The notes under the pieces were generated by a model. That model was given only the letters and a program-made list of their open reading frames with translations. It was not told where the DNA came from and made no database searches. The position numbers and the translations under genes were made by a program. A DNA stretch of 64,000 nucleotides from an uncultured Thermoleophilia bacterium (GTDB taxonomy: Bacteria; Actinomycetota; Thermoleophilia; UBA2241): NCBI GenBank assembly GCA_963777895.1, contig CAVZSF010000003.1, positions 205,832 to 269,831 of the forward strand. Reading direction: 5' to 3'. This document shows positions 57,461 through 64,000 of this stretch, piece by piece (position 1 is the stretch's first letter; the number at the start of each line of letters is the position of its first letter).

Positions 57461-58545
57461 GTCGCCCCCCACGGCAGCGCGATGATCTTGTCGTCGACGA
57501 GGGCCACCCCGATCCTCGCGGTCAGGCTCTCAGGGGTGAGATGGAGGAGGATCGCCTCGATGTCGCGGGCCGTCTGTCCCAGCACGACGAGGAGAGGCCG
57601 GTCGGGATCGTCGAAGTTCGGCGCCGCGAGCGCGACGGCCTGAGCTCGGGGGCCTCGATCTCCGCTTGGCGAGAGCAGCGTCAGCGTGCCGGGGTCGGCC
57701 TTCACCAGGGCGAGGCCGCTCTTGTCCGCCGTCAGGAGGTCGGTCAGCCACGGCGCCGCGGCGGCCTGCGAGGCGGTCGCGAGCACCAGGCCGCCCCGAG
57801 GCTGCGCGTCCAGGCTCTGGCGAGCCTCCAGGCGCAGCCCGTTCGCTTTGGCCCACACCTCGAGTCCGGCGACGTCCTGGACGGCGGCGACCGGCAGAGG
57901 CTCGGTGTCGTACGGCCGCGGGAAGGCCGCCAGGGCCTGAGGGATGTACATCGCGTCCGACCAGCGGTGGTAGTCCCACCACACGCTCTCGCCGCCGCGC
58001 AGCTTCCAGCTGCCGGCGCCGACATCGGCCATGACGCCATCGACCCAGTAGAACCAGTCGGCGGCGCCGGCGCTGCTCGTCCCGCTGAAGCTCGACTTGA
58101 GCCCGTCGATGCCGTTGATGAAGCGTCCGCCGTAGCCGGTGTCGATCTCGGCGTTCTCGGCGAGCAGGCGGAGCACGTCGAGCTTGGCGGTGGCGGGGAC
58201 GATGACGTCGCGCAGCACCGTGGCGCCGAAGTCGCGCGAGACGACGAGCCGGACCTCGCCGTTCGTGGGCGGCCGCCCGCCGTCCTTGGCCTGCGAACCC
58301 ACCTCGGATGAGCGGGTGCCGGCGCAGGCCGTGAGGACCAGCGCCGGCAGCACGAGGGCGACGAGGATGGCCGGCAGCGCGAGCCGCCGCAGGAGACGAA
58401 GCCGGCCCGCCGGCCGGTCACGGCGCGCCGTGACGCGGGGCGACGCCGGGAGGCGGCGCGGGCGGGCATCCGCCCGCGCCGCCTCTCCCGAAGGTGTGCG
58501 ACCGCGCGCGTTCATGCCGCCCGGGGTCCGATCGGTCGGTGACAC
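57457..58545 (-). CDS. DUF4430 (transcobalamin C-terminal-like) lipoprotein
   Basis: Lipobox LTAC; VSRDFG, YGGRFINGIDG, DWFYWVDG..VGAG, WWDYHRW; exact start uncertain. Confidence 0.8.
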   Translation of the reverse strand: MSPTDRTPGGMNARGRTPSGEAARADARPRRLPASPRVTARRDRPAGRLRLLRRLALPAILVALVLPALVLTACAGTRSSEVGSQAKDGGRPPTNGEVRLVVSRDFGATVLRDVIVPATAKLDVLRLLAENAEIDTGYGGRFINGIDGLKSSFSGTSSAGAADWFYWVDGVMADVGAGSWKLRGGESVWWDYHRWSDAMYIPQALAAFPRPYDTEPLPVAAVQDVAGLEVWAKANGLRLEARQSLDAQPRGGLVLATASQAAAAPWLTDLLTADKSGLALVKADPGTLTLLSPSGDRGPRAQAVALAAPNFDDPDRPLLVVLGQTARDIEAILLHLTPESLTARIGVALVDDKIIALPWGAT

Positions 58546-58592
58546 TCGCTCATGCTTCCTCTGGTCCGGGTCTCCCCGAAGTCGCGCTCAGC

Positions 58593-59703
58593 TCACCTGG
58601 CGACGATGGTCGTGGTGAGTGGAGTCGCGCTGCGACCCCACGTGTCGGTCGCCGTCAGGCGAACGCGATACGTGCCGGGCCGGACGGGGCGTCCCGCGGC
58701 GTTGTCGCCGCTCCAGCGCAGGGTGTCGGAGCCGCCGGCGAGCCGCCGCGTCAGGGAGGCGATCAGGGCTCCGCTCCTCGAGCGCACGGTGTACTTGACC
58801 GTCGCCGAGCGCGAGAGCGTGAACCCGAACCGCACCGTATCGCGTGACGTGAACGGATCCGGTCGAGCGGTCAACGCCGTCAGTGCGAGCGGGTCGGCGA
58901 TATTGATGCTGCGCTGCAGCGAGCGCACGTAGAAAGACGTGGCGTCCGTCCCCTTCTCCGCCCAGACCCGATACGTCCCCGGAGCGAGGTCGGTGAGCTC
59001 GACCCTGCCCGTGGCGTCCGTCACAGCGGTCCGGCTGCCGATGTGCAGCGTCGCACCGGCCACCGGCTGGAACTGGGTCGGCGTCTCGACGAACGTGTCG
59101 TCGACCTGGAACCGGTCGCGATCCGCAGCCGAGTTGGCCTTCTGGAGGTCGTCGGCGTAGACGGTCACGACGACCGGCTCGCCCGCTCTCCCACGCCCGA
59201 TCGGCTTGGCCGAAGCGGACCACGAGCGCCTTGCCCGCCAGCGTCCAGTCAGGCATCTGCGTGAAGAGCACGCTGTCGCCGGCCTTCAGGTTGAAGGCGA
59301 GGGCACTGTCTTCGAAGACCGGCCAGCCGGCTCCGTTGACGGCGAAGATCCACCCGTAGGAGCCGTCGGCCAGCGAAGAGAAACCCCCGATCTCCGTGAC
59401 GAAGTTGCCACCCGACGTCGCTTCCCAGGAGAAGCCCTTCGCGCGCGCCGCGGCTGCGAGGGCGCCCAAGACTGAGGCGTGACCAGGGTGATAGGGATTG
59501 CCCGCGGTGTCGTAGAAGGTCTTCGTCCAGTCGAAGATGAGGGACGTGGGTGAGGCGATGGGATAGGCGGAGGCCTCGACGCGCACCTGCGCCTTGGCTG
59601 TGGGGAGCAGTGGCTCACCCGCGAGGGCGCTCTGCGCAGCGAGCAGTACTGCAAGCAGCGCCAGCGCCGTGGTCAGGAGCAGACGTGACCGGAATCTTCC
59701 CAT
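58593..59703 (-). CDS. Exported DUF4430-like + Ig-like + FlgD-Ig protein; net +1 frameshift near 59170-59215
   Basis: AAAGGAG SD; signal peptide ending ALA; FVTEIGG..GWIFAVNG; second frame has TDATG, PGTY, PDPF, LRWSGDNAAGRPVRPGTY (FlgD-Ig). Confidence 0.75.
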
Positions 59704-59753
59704 GGGGGACTCCTTTCCGGCGCCAGGCGGACCCTGTGCTTGCGAAGCTGCTT

Positions 59754-59790
59754 AAACGAAACGACCCCGCTGCCATCCTCACAGCGGGGT
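59754..59790 (-). terminator. Terminator hairpin of the cobalamin riboswitch platform
   Basis: Minus strand ACCCCGCTG-loop-CAGCGGGGT followed by CGTTTCGTTT. Confidence 0.6.
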
Positions 59791-59850
59791 GGTCGAACAC
59801 TCGGGGAGCGAGTACCCATCCTCGTGGGAAGCAGCTTCGCAGGCGGCTCA

Positions 59851-60025
59851 GCAGGTTTTCTGGCTCCCGGTCGTACTGCACGCGCCCCTGCTGCCTTCCC
59901 GGACCCGCGGGTCCAGTGACTCTCCTAAAGGAGAACGCAGAGGCGGCGACCGGTCACAGCGGCGGGACCGCGCCGGATTCACACCGGCTTCCCTAGAGGG
60001 CACTAGCCGCGCGCCATCTCATTGA
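59851..60025 (-). promoter_or_regulatory. Cobalamin riboswitch
   Basis: Minus strand AGGGAAGCCGGTGTGAATCCGGCGCGGTCCCGCCGCTGTGA...CACTGG..CCGGGAAGG...GAGCCAGAAAACCTGC (B12 box). Confidence 0.93.
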
Positions 60026-60167
60026 TTGGCAGCGGAATCCTACTCCCGCCACGAGGTGTCCGACAAACGGCAGCCGTTCGCCCGGGGGCTGGTACGAGCG
60101 TCTAGTGAGGCTAAGGTGATTCGTGATGTGCGCCGATACAGCGCGTGGTGACGGAGTGAACGAGACC

Positions 60168-60362
60168 ATGGACAACCAGGAACAGGACGAAGTCGAGTTC
60201 TTCGGCATCAAGCTGAAGGTCAACAACGACCGCCTCGCCACGCTGCTCAACAGCAGCGTGAACGACAACGTCGTCGTGGTGGGTCGGCGTACCCTCGATC
60301 TGCTTGCCAAGGCGGACGAGGACGACGACGACATCGCCGTGGAAGGCGTCGCCGTCGAGTAG
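60168..60362 (+). CDS. Small acidic hypothetical protein (64 aa)
   Basis: High-GC3 codon pattern; MDNQEQDEVEFFGIKLKV..; GGAG upstream. Confidence 0.65.
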   Translation: MDNQEQDEVEFFGIKLKVNNDRLATLLNSSVNDNVVVVGRRTLDLLAKADEDDDDIAVEGVAVE

Positions 60363-60511
60363 ACGGGGACGGGCAGTCCAGGACATGGCACGGGGCGGCG
60401 AGCGTGAGCTCGCCGCCCCGTCGCATTCAGGGCCCGCGGATCTCATCCCGCGCGCCGGCTGGAGGCCAGGAACTGCTCGCACCCGCTCAGGGTCGTATGA
60501 TTCCAGACGCC

Positions 60512-61588
60512 ATGGCGCCCCAGCTCTCACTTGTCATCCCGGTCTACAACGAGGTCGCCAGCCTCGAGCCTCTGCTCGCGGAGATCGATGCCGCCGTCGC
60601 CGGCCTCCAGACCTACGAGGTGGTGTTCGTCGACGACGGCTCCAGCGACGGGTCGTTCGCCGAGATGGAGCGCTTGGCCGCCCTGCGTGGTGACGTGCGC
60701 ATCGTGAAGCTGCGCCGGAACTTCGGCAAGGCGGCGGCCCTGGCCCATGGCTTCGCGGCCGCCGCCGGCCCGCTCATCGTTACGCTCGACGGGGACCGTC
60801 AGGACGACCCACGGGAGATCCCCAAGCTGCTCGCGAAGCTCGACGAGGGCTTCGACCTGGTCTCGGGCTGGAAGCAGAGCCGGCAGGATCCCGCCACGAA
60901 GACCGTGCCCTCACGGCTCTTCAACTGGACGGTGCGGCGGACGACCGGCATCCCGCTGCACGACTTCAACTGCGGCTTCAAGGCCTATCGCCGCGAGGTC
61001 GTGGAGAACGTGAACGTCTACGGCGACCTGCATCGCTACATCCCGGTGGTCGCGGCGCAGCAGGGATTTCGGGTGACGGAGGAGCGGGTGGCCCATCGTC
61101 GCCGCACGGCCGGGCACTCGAAGTTCGGCTGGCAGCGGTTCATGCGCGGCTACCTCGACCTGCTCACGGTGCTCTTCCTGGGCAGGTACCACAGCCGCCC
61201 GCAGCACCTCTTCGGCGGGCTCGGCACGCTGATCTTCCTCGTCGGCCTCCTGATCAGCGTCTACCTCACCATCGACAAGCTGTTCTTCGGCCATGCGCTC
61301 AGCGACCGGCCGCTCCTCCTGCTCGGCGTCCTGCTGATGATCGTCGGGGTGCAGCTCGTGTCGCTGGGGCTGCTCAGCGAGCTGATCGTCCACTCGCGCG
61401 CGAAGGCCGGGCCCGAGCCTGCCTGGGTCGAGCGCGTCGTCGACCCCGCGCAGGCGAGGGCCGACCTCGAGGCCGCCGACGCCGCCGCAAGCCCGGGTGA
61501 GGGTCAGGCGTCGCGGAGCGACGAGCCGCGCGCCGCGGACGCCGGGTCGCGCGATGTGGATGTCGCCGGCGAGCGCCACAGACCGTGA
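60512..61588 (+). CDS. GT2 glycosyltransferase (ArnC/GtrB polyprenol-phosphate type)
   Basis: VIPVYNE, VDDGSSD, RNFGK, LDGDRQDDP, HDFNCGFKAY, two C-terminal TM. Confidence 0.93.
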   Translation: MAPQLSLVIPVYNEVASLEPLLAEIDAAVAGLQTYEVVFVDDGSSDGSFAEMERLAALRGDVRIVKLRRNFGKAAALAHGFAAAAGPLIVTLDGDRQDDPREIPKLLAKLDEGFDLVSGWKQSRQDPATKTVPSRLFNWTVRRTTGIPLHDFNCGFKAYRREVVENVNVYGDLHRYIPVVAAQQGFRVTEERVAHRRRTAGHSKFGWQRFMRGYLDLLTVLFLGRYHSRPQHLFGGLGTLIFLVGLLISVYLTIDKLFFGHALSDRPLLLLGVLLMIVGVQLVSLGLLSELIVHSRAKAGPEPAWVERVVDPAQARADLEAADAAASPGEGQASRSDEPRAADAGSRDVDVAGERHRP

Positions 61589-61607
61589 CGTCGGGCGGCA
61601 AGGTCTC

Positions 61608-62741
61608 GTGACCGTGGTCCGCGCGATCGCGTACGTCGGCACCTACGACCCCGCCTACCCCCGCAACGCCGTGCTCATCGCCGGGCTTCGCGAGCTTGGC
61701 GTCGAGGTCCTCGAGTTCAACGCGCCGCTGCCGCCGCTCGAGGCGGCGGCGATGGCGACGCCGGCGGGCGCTCTGCGCACCGCCGGCGCGGTCGCCGCCG
61801 CCCACCTGCGGCTGCTCGCACAGCACACGCGGCGGCTCGACGTCGACGCCGTGATCGTGGGCTACCCCGGTCATCTGCTGGTCCCGTTCGGACGGGTCCT
61901 GGCGTGGGTGCGCCGGACCCGCCTCGTGTTCGACCCGCTCGTCTCGCTCGCCGACACCTTCGCCGGTGACCGCGCGCTCGTCGGCGAGCGCTCGCTCGCC
62001 GGCCGCGCCGCCGCCGCCGTCGACCGGGTCGCCTTCGGGCTCGCCGGACTCGTGCTGGCCGACACCGACGCTCATGCCCGCTTCTTCGCCGCGCGCTTCG
62101 GCCTGACGGATTCGCGGCTCGCGGTGGTCCCGGTGGGCGCGCTGCCCGAGCCGGCCGCCACGGGCGCCGCCCGCGAGCTTGGTGAGGGCCGACCCCTGGT
62201 CGTGCTGCAGTACGGGAAGTGGAGCCCGCTGCACGGCGCCGACATCGTGCTGGAGGCGGCGGAGCTGCTCTGCGGAGCGCCGGTCCGCTTCGTCCTGGTC
62301 GGCGAGGGGCAGAGCTCGGACGCGCTGCGGGCACGCATCGCCGCCCACGGCCTCGAGAACGTGGAGTGGCGCGGGATGCTCGGCCGGGAGGAGCTGCGGC
62401 GGGAGACGCTTGCCGCCGACGTCTGCTTGGGTGTGTTCGGCCGGTCCGAGAAGGCCGCCCGCGTGATCCCCAACAAGGTGTTCGATGCCTTCGCCTGCGG
62501 GCGCCCGGTGGTGACCGCCGACAGCCCTGCCGCTCGTGAGTGCCTGAGCCGCGGGGAGGACTGCCTGCTCGTGCCGGCCGGTGACGCCGCCGCCCTGGCG
62601 GCCGCCATCGACGCGCTGCAGGACCGGGACAGGCGGGCCGCCCTGGGCGCGGCCGCCCTGGAGCACTACCGGCGCCGGTTCACGCCGGCGGCGGTCGCCG
62701 GCGCCCTGCTGGCGGCGCTCGCGGGAGACGCCCGCCCGTGA
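61608..62741 (+). CDS. GT4 (GT-B fold) glycosyltransferase
   Basis: YPRN, FDPLVS, PLHG, LGVFG..KAARVIPNKVFDAFACGRPVVT. Confidence 0.88.
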   Translation: MTVVRAIAYVGTYDPAYPRNAVLIAGLRELGVEVLEFNAPLPPLEAAAMATPAGALRTAGAVAAAHLRLLAQHTRRLDVDAVIVGYPGHLLVPFGRVLAWVRRTRLVFDPLVSLADTFAGDRALVGERSLAGRAAAAVDRVAFGLAGLVLADTDAHARFFAARFGLTDSRLAVVPVGALPEPAATGAARELGEGRPLVVLQYGKWSPLHGADIVLEAAELLCGAPVRFVLVGEGQSSDALRARIAAHGLENVEWRGMLGREELRRETLAADVCLGVFGRSEKAARVIPNKVFDAFACGRPVVTADSPAARECLSRGEDCLLVPAGDAAALAAAIDALQDRDRRAALGAAALEHYRRRFTPAAVAGALLAALAGDARP

Positions 62742-63815
62742 ACGCGCCGGGCGCCCGGCCGGGCGGCGCGCGAGGCTCGCGCTTCCGCCTGCTGCAGTAC
62801 GCGCTCCTCGCGCTCTCGGCCGTCTTCGTCGGCCTCGTGCTGCGCGACTCGTGGGCCGAGGTCCAGGCCTTCGCGTGGGAGCTCGACCCCGTGTGGCTGG
62901 CGTTGTCGGCCGCCGCCTTCCTCGTCTTCTACTGGCTCCAGGCGGCGGGCTGGTGGCTGCTGCTGCGCGGATTCGCGCTCGAGGCGCCCCTGGGCTGGGC
63001 GACCACGGTGTGGGCCCAGTCCATCCTTGCCCGCTACGTGCCCGGCAACGTCTTCATGTTCGTCGGACGTGCCGTGCTCAGCCACACGCGCGGTCTCGAC
63101 CTCGATCGCGTGAGCGCCACCATGGTCTACGAGCAGGCGCTTGCAGTTCTGCGCCGCGCTCGTCACGCTCGGTGTCCTCTTCCCGTTCTGGGACTACCAC
63201 CCGGGACTGGCGGCGATCTCGCTGTTGGGCATCCCGGTGCTGCTCGTCCTGCTGCACCCGCGGGTCTTCCGCCCCCTCGCCGGCCGCCTGCTGCGGCTGG
63301 CCCGTCGCGAGCCTCTGGGGGCCGTGCTTCCCTACCCGGCCGTGCTCGGACTGCTCTGCTACTATCTGGCTACGTGGCTGCTCGTCGGTACGGGCGCCTG
63401 GCTCCTGCTCAAGGGCGTCACCGAGGACGCGGGGACCGGGCTCCTCCCCGAGACGATCCTCGCCTACGCGTTCGCGTACGTCGCCGGCATGCTCGCGTTC
63501 GTCTTCCCGAGCGGGGTCGGCGTCCGTGAGGCGGTGCTCGCAGGGTCTCTCGGGAAGGAGCTGGGCTCCGGGGTGGCCCTCGCGTGGGCCGTCCTGCTGC
63601 GGCTATGGCAGATCGCCATCGAGCTGGCCTTCGTCGGCTTGCTGACGTTGGCGCATCGCCTGCGGGGCGCGCCGCGCGACGGTGGGCCGCCTGCGGTGAC
63701 GGCGGCCGACGACGCGGGTGGGGAGCCGAAGCCGCGGGACGACGAACGGGACGGCGAAACGCCGGAGGCCGGCGGGCGCGCCGCGGAGGCCTCCGGTCCG
63801 CGGCGAGGTGCATGA
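62738..63815 (+). CDS. LPG-synthase TM/flippase-like membrane protein; +1 frameshift at ~63141
   Basis: ARYVPGN in the first frame; PSGVGVREA and LLRL in the second; an extra T in CTTGCAG joins them. Confidence 0.8.
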
Positions 63816-63816
63816 C

Positions 63817-64000
63817 GTGGCGAAACGACGGGCGAGGAAGAAGGCGGGGGCGGCCGCGGCGGCCGCGGCGAAGCCGCATGGCCGCGGCCGCCTTGCGCCG
63901 GTCTCCGAGCTCGAACCGGACGCGTACGCGGCGCTCTTCCGGCGCTGCGCCTGGTACGTGCTCGCCGGCGCGGTCGCGTTCGCCGTCGTCTTCGCCCTGC
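63817..64000 (+). CDS. Membrane protein, N-terminal fragment (runs off window)
   Basis: GAGGTG SD; GTG GCG AAA CGA.. basic N-terminus then a hydrophobic helix; frame open to the window end. Confidence 0.6.
   Translation, partial: MAKRRARKKAGAAAAAAAKPHGRGRLAPVSELEPDAYAALFRRCAWYVLAGAVAFAVVFAL

Noticed and set aside
60030-60167. Possible c-di-GMP riboswitch upstream of the small acidic ORF
   Set aside because: Lacks the GGCAAA / GAAA tetraloop / GACGCAAAG core of the GEMM-I motif.

Overview
Very GC-rich bacterial chromosomal window, most consistent with an (anaerobic/facultative) Actinomycetota lineage such as Thermoleophilia (inference from gene style and content; no marker gene to prove it). 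It has about 55 CDS, one tRNA-Ala(CGC), two riboswitches (glycine, cobalamin) and a perfect parS palindrome. No transposase, integrase, phage gene or CRISPR array was seen. Main blocks: (1) a glycine-riboswitch operon of plant-type hydroxypyruvate reductase, aminotransferase, a GcvT-SHMT fusion and glycerate 2-kinase; (2) TetR/B12-radical SAM/VanZ; (3) amide/amine hydrolases, HypA and an atypical ureohydrolase; (4) two giant tandem multi-GAF/HD-GYP/Cache-like/GGDEF proteins, one with a BldC-like DNA-binding head; (5) a partial lysine-fermentation operon (YheO-like regulator, kamB-like, kamDE, thiolase, kdd); (6) response regulator/kinase/HtrA; (7) rsmG-parA-parB; (8) a cobalamin-riboswitch operon combining two DUF4430 (transcobalamin beta-domain-like) proteins, an ECF transporter, an exported alpha/alpha-barrel protein and an ExbB/MotA + DUF2149 pair; (9) the start of a glycosyltransferase cluster. 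Five net +1 frameshifts suggest sequencing insertion errors. All product calls come from motif recognition by eye; no database searches were run.
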